Shown: one piece after another, positions 50,957 through 64,000 of the stretch
Numbering within the stretch: the first letter of the stretch is position 1
Layout: every line of letters starts with the position of its first letter
Assembly: GCF_030028105.1 (NCBI RefSeq)
Contig: NC_092372.1
Span: forward strand, 42,536,034 to 42,600,033
Reading direction: 5' to 3'
Length of the DNA stretch: 64,000 nt
Source: Mobula birostris
Lineage: Eukaryota
The notes under the pieces: generated by a model
Database searches by the model: none
What the model saw: only the letters and a program-made list of their open reading frames with translations
Told to the model about the DNA's origin: nothing
Made by a program: the position numbers and the translations under genes

Positions 50957-53920
50957 TTCTTTTCTTTTTCAATCTTTTTATTAGTTTCACAAAATATAAA
51001 CATGACAAAAGAGTAATACAAAGTTATTGGGAATACATTGTTATAATTAACATGAGTAATTATAAAATTAAAAAATTAATTGACAAAACTCCCAATCATA
51101 AAGGATACCAATGAATAATACAGAACAAAGAGAAATAACTAGAAAAAAATCATGAAAAAGGAAAAAAAAATAACCCTCCCCTCAAAAAAACTAATCTAAA
51201 CAGAATTAATCAACTAAACTAAAAAAAAGACCTGAGCTGTTTTAACATCACAAAAAATGGGAAAAATGAAAAATCTTAGTGTCGACGACTCCGTTCCTCT
51301 CAACCAACACTACAGAGAAGTAAAATAAGTTTGGAAATGGTCAAATTACACCATATGAAAGTGCTGAATAAATGGCCTCCAAGTCTTTTTGAATTTAATA
51401 GAAGGGTCATAAACCACACTTCTAATTTTTTCCAAATTTAAACACAACAGAGTTTGTGAGAACCAGTGAAATATAGTAGGGGGGTTAATCTCTTTCCAAT
51501 TCAGCAAAATGGATCTTTTAGCCATTAAAGTAAGAAATGCAATCATCTGATGAGCTGAAGAGGTTAAATGATTTAATTCTATCATTGGTAGCCCAAAAAT
51601 AGCAGTAATTGGGTGAGGTTGTAAGTCTATATTCAAAACCATTGAAATAATATCAAAAATGTCTTCCCAATATTTTTTCAACAAAGGACATGACAAAAAC
51701 ATGTGAGTTAAAGAACCTATCTCGGAATGACATCTATCACATATAGGATTTATATAAGAGTAATAACAGGATAATTTATCTTTGGACATATGAGCCCTGC
51801 GTACTACTTTAAACTGTATCAACGCATGCTTAGCACATATAGAGGATGAAGTAACTAATTGAAGAATTTTTTCCCATTTTTCAATCGGTATAATAATATT
51901 AAGTTCTCTTTCCCAATCAGTTTTAATTTTATTAGATGCATCAGGACATAAATTCATAATTATATTACAGGTTTCCCCTGCCATCCGAAGGTAGAGCATT
52001 CCTATGAAACGGTTTGTAAGCCGAAATGTCGTAAAGCAAAGAAGCAATTACCATATATTTAAATGGGAAAATTTTGTGAGCGTTCGCAGACCCAAATATA
52101 ACCTAACAAATCATACCAAATAACATATAAAATCTAAAATAACAGTAACATTAGTAAAAGCAGGAATGATATGATAAATACACAGCCTATATAAGGTAGA
52201 AATACTTCTTTACAACGATTGCCTGCACAGATCTCCGTAGTGAAAATCTCACACAAGCGCTATTGGCATAAACGCGCTCTCCAGTAACCTTTAAACTATG
52301 AAGCTGCCAAATCTACCAAATAACACGTAAAAATACACAGCCTATATAAAGTAGAAATAATGTATGTACAGTGTAGTATCACTTACTGGAATTGGGAAAA
52401 CAGCGCCGAGCACACTGATGATGGTGTGTTAGACTGAGTCATCGCAGACTGGGTAGTGCAGTGGCCCCCACCCTCCGGGCCGCCGACCCGATACATTGCC
52501 ATGAAGAACGCAGCGGTAGCCGGGAGGCACACAGCACATCGTTAAGAAAAAAGCCAAAATAAACATGCTAATTAATTAGGTGCTGCCCGGCACGTAAATG
52601 TCGCGCAGATCAGAGGCGATTGCTGATTGCATCACCTCTGATCTGGGCCAATAATTACGTGCTAGGCGGCACCTAATTAATTAGCATGTTTATTTCGGCT
52701 TTTTCCTTAAAGATGTGCTGTGTGCCTCCTGGCTACCACTGCGTTCTTCGCGAATCGGTACAGTATCTGTCCGGGGCCCGGGTGTTGGGGTGGTGGGACA
52801 CGGGGGTGTCATCTCATCGTCGATCAGGGCAGGCAGCTCATCTTCTCCTATGACTGCCCGCCTCGATGTCGAAGGTCAAGGTTCGTTGTCTGCTGTGGCT
52901 GATGTGGAAGGCTTGCTTGACTGCTGAGCCTCGTGCATTTTTCTATCATACAGTTGTTTGTAAGCACTCAAACCATCCTGCAAATATCCCCTAAACCTAC
53001 GTACCTTTTCAAAATTAATGTCGTACTTTATCATTGCAACGAAAATCTTATGCAGTTGCTTCACTTTCTGCATTCGGATTCGATTGTTATCCTTTCCTCT
53101 TCCAATTGCATCAGCTCTTCATCTATCAGGTCTTGGTCATGGGATGCCAAAACCTCTTCAACATCATCTTCGTCAACTTCCACAAGCCAAACTCACTTTG
53201 TCCTTGTTTCGTTCACCATGATCGAAACGCTTAATTATGTCTAGTTTTACGCTAAGTGTAACAACCTTACTCTTTCAGGCTTTTCTGACACCTTAGAACT
53301 CACCTTGCTAACAGCTGCTCAATGCCACGTGTTTCAGCAATGCCGTTCGAATCCGGGGCAGAGCGGCTGCCTTTTATCACACGCTGATTTTTTCACTCGC
53401 TGATTTTTTATCATGCGTTGCCTTTCTTCATAACAGTGAAAATACCTCTGAAAGCGAAGACAGGGTACTCACGTAGGTCTTTCGTAACAGTGAGGTTTCG
53501 TAAAGCGAACATTCGAAAAGCAGGGGACACCTGTATAAATAATTGCTACAACACCTTTCTGAGAGAGATTTAAATCTAAAATTTTTTCCAAAATATCCAT
53601 TGGATATGAGTGTGGAAAATTAAGAGAAACAGTAATTAAAAAGTTTCTAACCTGTAGATATCTAAAAAAGTGAGATCTGGGTAAATTATATTTATTAGAT
53701 AATTGATCAAAGAACATAAAACAATTATCCAAAAATAAATCACGAAATCATACTATACCTTTGATTTTCTAGTCAGAATAAGCTTGATCCATAGTGGAAA
53801 GTTGAAAAAAGAAATTAGATATAATAGGACTTGCTAAAATAAATTGATTCAACCCAAAAAATTTTCAAAATTGAAACCATATATGTAAAGTATGCTTAAC
53901 TATTGGATTACTCATTTGTT
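50957..53920 (-). mobile_element. L1-clade LINE 3' fragment (second family)
   Basis: IQFKVVRRAH, CDRC..E.GSLTHMFLSCP and FKKTWRPF motifs; T-rich tail. Confidence 0.85.
51968..53533 (-). mobile_element. Tigger/pogo DNA transposon, internally deleted
   Basis: TA|CAGGTTTCCCC...GGGGACACCTG|TA terminal inverted repeats; acidic C-terminal transposase remnant EVDEDDVEEVLASHDQDLIDEELMQLEEE. Confidence 0.85.
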
Positions 53921-56900
53921 CTCCTTCTAAATCCTTTCGCATCTCCTCAAAGTTAGTCTTTCTCCAATCAAAAATCTCAACCCTGGGTCCAGTCCTATCC
54001 TTCTCCATAATTATATTGAAACTAATGGTATTGTGATCACTGGACCCGAAGTGTTCCCCAACACATACCTCCGTCACCTGACCTATCTCATTCCCTAACA
54101 GAAGATCCAACACTGCTCCTTCTCTAGTTGGTACCTCTATGTATTGCTGCAAAAAACTATCCTGTACACATTTTACAAAGTCTAAACCATCCAGCCCTTT
54201 TACAGAATGGGCTTCCCAGTCTATGTGTGGAAAATTAAAATCTCCCACAATCACAACCTTGTGCTTACTACAAATATCTGCTATCTCCTTACGAATTTAC
54301 TCCTCCAATTCTCACTCCCCATTAGGTGGTCTATAATACACCCCTATAAGTGTTATTATACCTTTCCCATTCCTCAATTTGCCTTGGTTACATTTTTAAC
54401 TGTCCTATTAACATACTGTTGCATCTGTAAATACCAGTAAAAGTATTGTTTTTCTAATAAGTGTTTCTCTTTGAGCATTTCAAAACTGAACAGTGTTCCT
54501 TCTTTCATTATATTGCAAATAGCTGTTACTCCTTTAGTTGTCCAGACCTTAAATCTAGCATCCAGTTTATTCGGCGTAAAATCTGAGTGATATGCACACT
54601 ATTTAAGAATCGCAATGTCTCTCCCTAGTTTATATTCTTTTATAATAGTTTTCCATATTTTAAGAGTCCATTTTACCCACGGGTTGTCAATATTATTTAC
54701 GTAACTTTGTAGGTTGTTATCAGCCAAAATTGCCTGTATGGGGATGGAAAGTATCCTCTCCTCAATGTTTTTCCTTTGAGTGTCATATGATGTGTTGCAC
54801 CAGCACATCACGGTTCTCAACAGTGCTGCAAAATAATAATCTCAAAGAGAAGGTAGGCCCCATCCCCCCCTTTTCCTTGGCTAATTGCAAAGTTTTGAGA
54901 TGAACCTTAGGCCTTTTACCCTGCCATATATATCTTGATAGCATCTTGTTCAATTCATTAAATTGATTTTGGTTAATCTCTACTAATAAGGGTCTGAAAG
55001 AGATATAGTAGTCTGGGCAGTATGATCATTTTAATAGATTCAATCCTTTTAACCCAATTAACCGAATCAAATGCCTTTTCAGCATCCACGCTTATCACTA
55101 TTGCTTCAATTTCATTTTTTTTTATGATCCATAATGTGAAGTGTGCTTCATAAATTGTCTTGTGTTTGACGTTGTTGTATAAAACCTGTCTGATCATTAT
55201 GTATCAGTATGGGTAGAAACTCTTCCAATCATTTGGCCATGATGGAGGTAAATATTCTATAATCCACATTTAGAACAGAGACTGGTCTAAATGACCGACA
55301 TTCCATTTTATCCTTGCCTTCTTTCGGTACAGCTGAGATTATTGCCTCCTTCCAGCTGGGTGGCATTTGCGCCTTTCTCAGGGCCCAGTTCAGTGTGGGG
55401 AGTAACTCACTTCTAAAGTCTTTATACCACTCTGCCGTATATCCATCTGATCCTGGTGACCTGCTTAATTTAAGCCTACTAATGGCAGTTTTTAGTTCAG
55501 CTTCAGTTATGTCAGCAGTCATTGTTTTATTTTGTTCTTTGCTTAACGTGGGTAACTCTAAAGAATTCAGGAAGGTGTGAGTTTGGGTTATGCTTCCCCT
55601 TGGAACTTTGGAATATAGACTTTTGGAAAGCATTTCAAAAGCTTCTTCAATATCAGTTAGCTTATTTTTTTTATCACTTTTGATCTTGGATCCCTAATTC
55701 TATGAATTGTATTTTCTGCAATTTTTTTTTCAGTTTCCACGCCAGTATTTTCATAGATTTAGATCCACCTTCATAGTGTCTCTGTTTCAGAAACATTAAA
55801 TTTTTTCTAATTTCTTGTGTTATCAAACTGTTAATATCATTACTAATTTTTTAAGTTTCCTCTAGTATATCCTGTGCCAAACTCAATTTGTGTTTTTTCT
55901 AGTCCCTTCAGCTTATTTTGTAATTCCTCTAATGTTTTATTCCTTATTTTTTTCTCATATGAAGATAGCACTATAACTTTCCCTCATAAGACAGCCTTCA
56001 GAGTATCCCATGGAATGGGAGGTGAAACCACTCCATTTTCATTGAATTCTAAGTAAAGACCAATTTCTTTTTTAATTTGTTCCTTAAAATAGGGATCATT
56101 GAATAGACTTGCGTTTAGTTTCCAAATAGTATTCTTTGGTTGTAGGTCAAAATCAACAGATAAATATATAGATGAATGGTCACTTACATCTATTGTCCCA
56201 ATTCCACAGGTGACTATTTTGTCTCTATCTTTTCCAAATGTTATGAAATAGTCTATTCTTGTATATACAGAAGGGGGGAGGGGGGGCAGAATAATGAGCG
56301 TAATCCCTTCTGTCGAGGAAAAGGTCCCTCCATATATCAATTAGACCAACATCCTCAAAAAGTGTGTTAACTTTCTTATGTAAGGACTTTGTTTCATAAG
56401 TTTTTCTATTGGAAGAATCTAACTTTGGTTGTAATTGTAAATTTAAGTCTCCCCCACATATCAAGAGACCTTCTGTTTCCGTTACCATAATATTAGTAAT
56501 TTTCTGGAAGAAACTAATATCACTTTCTGGGGGTGCATATATATTCAATAAAGTAACTGGATTTCTATTTATATTCCCCCTTACCAGAATATATCTGCCC
56601 TCCTTATCTCTCATTTCGAATACTTTTTCAAAATTTAGCTTGTCTGAGATGAGAATAGCCACCCCTCTTCTATGTCCTGATTTATATGAGGAGAAAAAGA
56701 AATTAGTGAAGCCCATTCTCTTTAATTTTCAAGCTCATTATCACTTAAGTGAGTTTCCTGTAAATATACTACATGGGCTTGTTCTTTTTTCATTTTTGAT
56801 AGAATTTTACTGCACTTGACTGGATTCAACAGCCCATTAACATTAAAAGAAAGGAATTTTACTTTGCCCTTCGCCATGTGTATTTATCTGTTAGTACATC

Positions 56901-57924
56901 ATTGAAATCTGCAGAATAGAACTTAATCAATCTACTCCCTGAACAAATAAGAGCCAAGAAACGCGAATAATAAAAAAAAGGTAACAAAGGTGTGATTCCA
57001 AGGCTGGGGTCTCTAGATGACCCTGGGTTGAGCTAGAAGAAACGTCTAGCCGTGGGGGATAGCCCCTCCTGCCTGTGAGTTGAGGGCCCCCGCTGCAGTA
57101 TCTATAAAAGTAAGTTAAAAAAATCTATGTCCATTACACAGAAATGATTTCCCTGTGTATTCCTCCCATGTATATATTCTCATTTAGGTGGGGAAAAAGG
57201 AATGAATGAATGAATTTTTAAAAATTAGGTAATATAAAATCCACATTATAATACGTATTTATCGAGATAGGTATATCACCATCTATTTTTGCTTCCGTTT
57301 AGTTTATCAATGCTTTTAAAATTAGCCAAACCTTATGGCTCTTCTGGAGGAGGTGAGAACTGACAGTCTCTTCCTAATATCCTTCTCTCGTCCTGTTCCC
57401 ATCCCCTGCTTTCTCGGTTCTCTTACTATTTCCCAAGCAGATCGGGATAACTGCTCAGCCAGACTTTCTCCTCACTTGCTTTTAATGTTAAAATCAGGCA
57501 TGACAAATCCTACCCCGAATCTACCATTACCGTTTTGGAGCATCTGTGTGTATATTTGTAAATATCCATAATAATTGCTATTTACATAAGGTTCAACTTT
57601 ATCTTGATTTAAAATCTCTTCTCTATTTTTCTGTCTCCTTTCAAAAATCCACCCCAGTGCTTCACACAGCATGGAGGCACCCCAGGAAAAGGCACTGTAG
57701 TGCCCACTGCCCTATTACCAATTCCCGTCCTTTCTGCAATAGTCCATTCAAAACTTCTGATTTTCTTTCTTTCCTTTCCCCAGCATGGATCTAAAAGCTG
57801 TTTAGATGGATGATTTTCTCCATGCCCTTGTAGGTTTATCCAATAGGCTAACGTAAGCTGCGTTCTTCTCAGTTCCAGAGGTGTGTCTCCCAACTTCAAC
57901 TGGTACAATCTCTCCGGACACTAA

Positions 57925-58112
57925 GTTCTGGAGGAACTCATCAGGCCAGGCACCATCTATGGAAAAGAGTCAACAGTTGAAGTTTTTGGCCGAAATCTTG
58001 GCCCAAAATGTTGACTGTACTCTTTTCCACAGATGCCGCCTGGCCTGCTGAGTCCTTCTAGCGTTTTGAGTGTGTTGCTTGGTTTTCCCGCATCTGCAGA
58101 TTTCCTGGTCTT
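57925..58112. repeat. Inverted pair of Penelope-type terminal repeats
   Basis: CAGGCCAGGCACCATCTATGGAAAAGAGT pairs with ACTCTTTTCCACAGATGCCGCCTGGCCTG. Confidence 0.8.
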
Positions 58113-58333
58113 TGATCTCTCCAGAGCGGTGAACCATTTGCTGCGTGCCGCAATATTTATCGCGGAAGGCTTAAGAATACCTGTTTCGAGTTGCTGGGGC
58201 GGAGTGGCTCAGAGGACCAGAAGGACCTACACCGTGCTGTATCGCTAAATTAAAATAAATAAAATATAAATAAACATGCTAGAGGTCTTATGTGCAGAAA
58301 TAAGACAAAACCAATGTTTTTTATTTGCTACAG

Positions 58334-58606
58334 CTGGAGTCTAAGGCAGAACTTAACAAGTTTGTGGGCCTTCTACCACTGCCACACAAGGAATCGGATT
58401 TGAAAGAGGGAACGGTCTGCACGGTTGCGGGATGGGGAACAACAAAAGCAAACTCAAACAAAGCATCTGATTCGCTCAGAGAAGCAGATGTAACCATCAT
58501 AGACAGAAAAACGTGCAACAGTCGGAAGTATTATAACCGCCAGCCCTTAATAACTGAGAATATGCTTTGTGCTGGTGACAAAAAGGGAAGGAGAGATGCA
58601 TGCTTT
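58334..58606 (+). CDS. gzma: Granzyme A-like gene, exon 4 (Asp189)
   Basis: cag|LESKAELNKFV...CTVAGWG...CNSRKYYNRQPLITENMLCAGDKKGRRDACF|gtaagt; 273 nt. Confidence 0.95.
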
Positions 58607-58754
58607 GTAAGTTGGATTGTAAAAAAATACAGTAGCAATAATTGAACATAATTAGAATTGTCTTCTATGCAAGTTTAGATTCAGTCTTTTCTGGTGCTCT
58701 AAGCTATGAGGCTGTTTCATAGATTTTATCAAACTGAATCCATCAGAAGAATAA

Positions 58755-59116
58755 GGATCTCATTGAAACCTATGGAATATTGAACAGCTTAGATAGATTG
58801 GAGGTGTAGAGGATGTTTCCTACAGTGGGGGAGTCTAGGCGCAGCCTCAGAATACAAAGCTGTCCCTTTCAAACAGAGATGAGAAGGAATGCCTTTAACC
58901 AGAACGTGGTGAATCTATGGATGGCTGTGGAGGCCAAGGGTCATTGGAGATATTTAAGGTGGAGGTTGATAGGTTCTTGATTGGTGCGGGTGGCAGGGGT
59001 TATGGGGAGAAGGCAGGAGAGTGGAGCTGAAAGGATAAGAGATCAGCCATGACGGATTGGCAAAGCAGACTTGTTGGGTCAAATAGTCTAATTCTGCTCC
59101 TTTGGCTTATGGCCTA
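58755..59116 (+). mobile_element. CR1 LINE 3' end
   Basis: DLIETYGIL and EMRRNAFNQNVVNLW motifs. Confidence 0.75.
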
Positions 59117-60334
59117 AGTACATCCTTTCATGTACTGAAATTCTCAGTGCATCATAAATAAGTAGATTTTAAACATTTCAGTGCACTCTATTTGGTCCGC
59201 GGTATGGGCATCGCTGGTCAGGCATGGGAACTGGGGAATGCCTGAGGGGGATATAGGAAGGATACTTGGGCCATGGAAAGTGATGTGGTTGGGGCAAAAA
59301 TACTTATGGGGATTTGGGGAATGAAACACTGAAGGAATCGAAAATACAAATTCCAGATCTTCCGTCCTTTTAATTCCCCAAATATTTCTCTTGGTGTGAT
59401 ATCATTGGTCAATCCGCACTGCTCCCAGGAATTTGGCGCTGGCCGCTGTGAATATTAGCTTCCTTGTGAGTGGGAAGCTTACCAGGGATGGCTGATGGTC
59501 CAACTGAGGAATCCAGAGTAACATCATAGCCATGCAGAGAAGCCCAGTCCCCCAGAATCATTGACCTCAGGTTTTATTCTCATTTGTAAACTGGAATATT
59601 CATGGGCTGCAGAACCTGGATCTGCACCAAATTCACACCTTTAATGCTCGCATTGAAGTGAAGGCATGCAGTTCAATGCTGGTCAGACCTTAAATTCCTA
59701 TGGTTAATCTGAGTTGTATTCCTATTTTGCAGGGCAATTAAGGAGATTGCCAGCAGTCTGCACTCTACACTCTACAGGACCTCTCAGATAGGTCCTATCA
59801 GAAAATTGCATGGCATTGCACTTTAACCCTGCAAGGACTCAATATACATGTTTCTTTGGATTGTTTTTTGACAACAAGCAGGAGCCATTGAAAATGATGG
59901 GCATTACTGTAGCTCTTCTTCCTTTGAAATGGGTGCCTGGGAATATTTGGGACCTGACCTCGTGAGGTGAACCAGAAGTCAGGAAGGTCAGAGAGTACAA
60001 GAAATAGAAGCAGATCACAAGGCCCCTCCAGTCCATTCCTCCATTCAACATGATTATGGCTGATCTGGTCCAGACTCTTCTGCCAAATGCTCTAGCCTTC
60101 AATTCCACACTTTTTCAAAAGTGTATTTATCTCCACTTGAAATACTTCCAAAGACCTGGTCTGCATGCCGATTTGTGTTAGAGAGTTCCAGAGATCCATT
60201 ATCCTCAAGAAAATTTTTCTACACACTCAGTTTTAATTGACCAGGCCCTTATTTTGAAACTACACTTCCACCCCACTTCAGACTCTCCCAATAATGAAAA
60301 ATTTCAATATCTACCTTGTCACACTCCACTCCAC

Positions 60335-60560
60335 ATAGCCAAGTGGTTAAGGCGTTCGTCTAGTTACCTCAAATTCGCTAGATCGAGCCTCAGCTGTGGC
60401 AGCGTGTTTGTGCCCTTGAGCAAGGCACTTAATCACACATTGCTCTAGTCTGTGCGAGGAGTGGAGCCCCACACAGACTTCCAATCTGCGCCTTATAAGG
60501 TATGAAAATGCACGACACAGGCCTCCTATGGTCTGAGTCAACGTTCCCTCCCCTCCCCAC
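60335..60560 (+). mobile_element. tRNA-derived CORE-like SINE inside a CR1 remnant
   Basis: Near-identical to the reverse complement of 18160-18390. Confidence 0.75.
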
Positions 60561-61672
60561 ACTCCAAAGGATCTTGTATCTTTCAATAAGACCACCCCTC
60601 ATTTACTAAACTAGTACATTAAACTCCATTTGCCAAGTCACCCACTCAGTCCATCTGCATCCTAGTTTGGAGGCTGAATATCCTCAGTAAATTCACTTCG
60701 ACAAATTTTTTCTTAAAATTGGATACGTACTCTATATTGTCTCCTTCTCCAAGTCATTAACATAAATGGTAAATCATGAAGGTAGTAATTGATCCCTGTG
60801 CTATAGTTTTCCAGCATGAAAAAGTCCCATTTGTTCCAACTCTTTGTTTTCACACATGACAGCCAGTTTTGAATCCATCCTAGCACTCTTATCTTCAATG
60901 CTATTAATTTATGCACCAAAGGTTTATGTAACATCTGATTAAGTGCCTTTGGGAAATCGAAATACACCACATTCACAGGTTCCCCTTTACTCCTCTGCTT
61001 GTTAGCTGAGAACCTAAGCAACTTTGTCAAGTCTGTTTCACTTTTCATGAAACCACGTACTCTTCAGAAGTCCCTTTAAAAAACCAGCATTAAAGTGCTG
61101 TTCACCGTGGATATAAAGTAGACCTGCACTGACCATTTACAAGATGCTCACTGGCACTCCATTTTCTTCCCTGCCGTCTTTATCATCTGTCACCACAATG
61201 CCAAGGAGTTATGAGGGAAAAGATTCTTTGCAGAAGTTTGCTTATGAAGGGCCCTCCTACTACAGATGATCATCTTGCAAGGTACACTGTAAAGGCCTTG
61301 AAATTTGATACCAAACTGACAAAAGATGAATAGGTCTCTGCATTTTGTACAAAAAGATTGAAGAATTTCTGACACAATGTGTTTGTAAGTGACTCCAATC
61401 CCAGGATCTAGTGACTATAACCATTGGTTATGTTTTGGCTTGTAGATTATGTAATTATCTATCTCCAGCTTCTGGAACTACATCATGACATGTTTCTGGC
61501 ACAACACATTAGATGTTTCAAAGTCACTCTTTCAGTGTTTAAAGACTTTCCAAGAAAAACTCAGACCATAATAGCTTAATAACTTAATTTAAAACATCTC
61601 AAGATTATCAAAGCACCATCACTCATACCATTCCAGAAATCATTCATTAACCTATCTTTCTTTGTATTTTAG

Positions 61673-61819
<147 letters not shown>

Positions 61820-62000
61820 TTCTTACAAAAAATACTTGAAATTTAAGCATGATGATGCCTTTTGTGGATCACTGCTATTCTAGAATTAGAAATAGTCTTT
61901 ACATTTTAATTTTATAGACATTGTGATCTAACTTTTCTATATGGAAAAATTGTGCATACTTCCAAGCCGGAAAATGATGTTTTTGCTGTAATAATCTTGC

Positions 62001-62014
62001 AATAAAGGAATAAA
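62001..62014 (+). terminator. Tandem polyadenylation signals of the granzyme A-like gene
   Basis: AATAAAGGAATAAA about 180 nt after the stop codon. Confidence 0.7.
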
Positions 62015-62031
62015 CCTTAAGTGCTCTATTG

Positions 62032-63197
62032 CAGGGGTCCCCAACCTTTTTCGTACTGCGGACCGGTCGACCGGGTGGGGGGGCGGGGTAGGGTTGCCAA
62101 CGTACAAGAGTAGCAGTCAAATACGTTGGGTTTACCCCTGGAAAGACTACAATGACCATGAAGCCTTGCGCGGGCACCAGTGCGCATGCGTATTACGTGT
62201 TGCGCGTATTGCGTGTTGATTTCTTGAAAATTGTTTTTGCCGATTCTGTTGGCGGCGGCGGTGTGTTAATCACCACCGGAATATAGGTGATAAGTGGCTA
62301 ATACACTCAATTTCGTTTCTAAACGGGTTTATCTAACGAATTTAATATTAAACACACAGCGCATATTTTCCTCGCATGAATATAGCGATAAGTCAATTAG
62401 CGATAAGGAGCTTGAAGTAAGTGTTGAACGAACTTCCAGTAGAAGTGGTAGAGGCAGGTTCGATATTGTCATTTAAAGAAAAATTGGATAGGTATATGGA
62501 CAGGAAAGGAATGGAGGGTTATGGGCTGAGTGCAGGTCGGTGGGACTAGGTAAGAGTAGCGTTTGGCACGGACTAGAAGGGGCGAGATCGCCTGTTTCCG
62601 TGCCGTAATTGTTACATGGTTATATAAGTCACTTATAATAGCATCATAACATTTTAAGTAACGTTTGGATATTAAACACACAGCGCATATTTTCCTCGTA
62701 TGAACATATAAAGTCATTGCAACGCACCAATATCGCTGAATCAGTGGGAGCCCTGGGCTTGTTTCCCTGCAACAAGACGGTGCCATCGAGGGGTGATGGG
62801 AGACAGCGATACTCGAAGTGGGTTCCTTATGTCCAGTCTATTCCGCAATTTAGTTTTCATAGCATTCATTGCAGAGATATGTTGGAAATGGAAGCAACGT
62901 TTTCAGTGCTTTCCTGACTATCTCAGGATACTTAGCCTTGACTTTGATCCGGAATGCCGGCAGAGATGTTATGTCAAACATACTTTTCAGCCCGCCGTCA
63001 TTTGCAAGCTGGAGGAGTTGATCTCCTTCCCGCGCTGACAAGGATGACGCGCGGGTCATGACCTCGCGTGCATAATGGCTCAACAGTGCGCGTGACAGGG
63101 AATGAGGAAAGGTGCAGCTGACTCCTATCGCCAAATCATATCGTTTCCTCGCGGCCTGGTAGCGCATGCTCTGCGGCCCGGTAGTTGGGGACCGCTG
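62032..63197 (-). mobile_element. hAT (Charlie/Buster-type) non-autonomous transposon with a CR1 tail nested at about 62470-62625
   Basis: TIRs CAGGGGTCCCCAAC and GTTGGGGACCGCTG; 8-bp TSD CTCTATTG/CTTTATTG; hAT dimerization-domain remnant YPEIVRKALKTLLPFPTYLC. Confidence 0.9.
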
Positions 63198-63669
63198 CTT
63201 TATTGGATGAAAGTATCAAACTGGCGGACTGACTTGTATATCTCCGAATTAGAATTTTGTGGGATCACACTTCAAGATTTGAAAGTGTTACCTGTGTGAG
63301 ACTTACATTGATAGATCACAAGAGCTGGCGAGCAAAATAAAGCAAAAAAAAACACCGATATCCTGATGAGTTGAAGAGCCAGGATCATTGGGAGTATTTA
63401 AAGAGGCAGTGTGCATTATTATTTGAATGATCAGGGAACAGAGGGTCAACTGGAGAATTGATGCAGAAGGTGAATGAGGCCTGTGACATGTCTATTATGA
63501 TTATATTGAATGCAGGCTTGTGGCACACTCCTGTTCCGATTTTCTTATGTTCTTATATATTGAGACGAACTGATTAACAGATAGAAATATAAGAGTGACA
63601 ATAAAGGGGTCCTTTTTTGATACAGATCGTAACTAGTGGGGTGTCTCAGGAATTGATGCTGCATGCAAT

Positions 63670-63798
63670 CACAAACAAGAGAAAATCTGCTGATGCAAGC
63701 AACACACACACAGTGCTGGAGGAACTCAGCAGGCCAGGCAGCATCTACAGAAAAGAGTGAACAGCTGCCATTTCGGCCGAGACCCTTCATCAGAACTG
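63670..63798 (-). mobile_element. Penelope-type terminal repeat with hammerhead-like core
   Basis: Minus strand reads AGTT-CTGATGA-AGGGTCTCGGCC-GAAA-TGGC. Confidence 0.7.
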
Positions 63799-64000
63799 CC
63801 TTTTTGAGCAACCGCCTTTTGAAGATCTCCTAGATGGTGGAGAGGGTTGTGCCAGTGATGGAGCTGGCTGAATTTTTAACCCTTTGCAGCCTCCTACCTG
63901 CGCATTGAAGCCTCCACACCAGGCTCTGATGCAGTAAGTTACTAGGCTTTTGGATATTAGGGAGTTGAGAAATATGGGGATTGTGTATGAAAGTGTCGGT

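Larger units (their letters stand above)
48555..54380 (-). mobile_element. CR1 LINE (long), split by a second L1 (50957-53920)
   Basis: [42 protein letters not shown] and (ACCATATA)n tail; CTCCYTCT duplication around the inner L1. Confidence 0.9.
47630..57470 (-). mobile_element. L1/Tx1-clade LINE (ORF1 end, endonuclease, RT, 3' end), split by a CR1 at about 48555-54380
   Basis: RDKEGRYILV, NIYAPP, GGDLN, SDHS, SPGSDGYTAEWYK and DAEKAFDSVNW motifs; 3' end at 47630-48550. Confidence 0.88.
46975..57910 (-). mobile_element. Nimb/I-clade LINE remnant (46975-47630 and 57470-57910), split by a ~9.8 kb nested insertion
   Basis: PLELRRTQLTLAYW, RNase H-like YLQIYTD and ILSDS motifs, C-terminal CEICNQQETVEH..VRCPRY knuckle; CTTGCTTTT duplication at both junctions. 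Confidence 0.7.

Overview
This is eukaryotic, repeat-rich vertebrate DNA. The repeat content (CR1/HER1-type LINEs, Rex1/Babar, L1, HE1-like V-SINEs, Penelope termini) points to a cartilaginous fish, probably a ray; that assignment is inference. The window holds two intact, tandem, plus-strand five-exon chymotrypsin-fold serine protease genes, assembled here by hand from GT-AG junctions. The first is granzyme K-like (CDS 14528-25655, 266 aa) and the second is granzyme A-like (CDS 34459-61819, 253 or 258 aa). Both have trypsin-like S1 residues (Asp189/Gly216/Gly226), and both share a positionally conserved ETS:RUNX composite motif just upstream of the ATG. Much of the remainder is decayed, often nested transposable elements: Chapaev3, Tc1, Tigger/pogo, hAT, HERO, Nimb/I, L1, CR1, Rex1, and Penelope termini with hammerhead-ribozyme motifs. 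One ~1 kb decayed coding-like segment (11620-12560) is unexplained. I found no clearly new multi-gene system. The best leads are the granzyme-specific cysteines and loops, the promoter grammar, the ribozyme-bearing repeats and the orphan decayed ORF. Repeat boundaries are approximate and family names come from motif recognition, not database searches.
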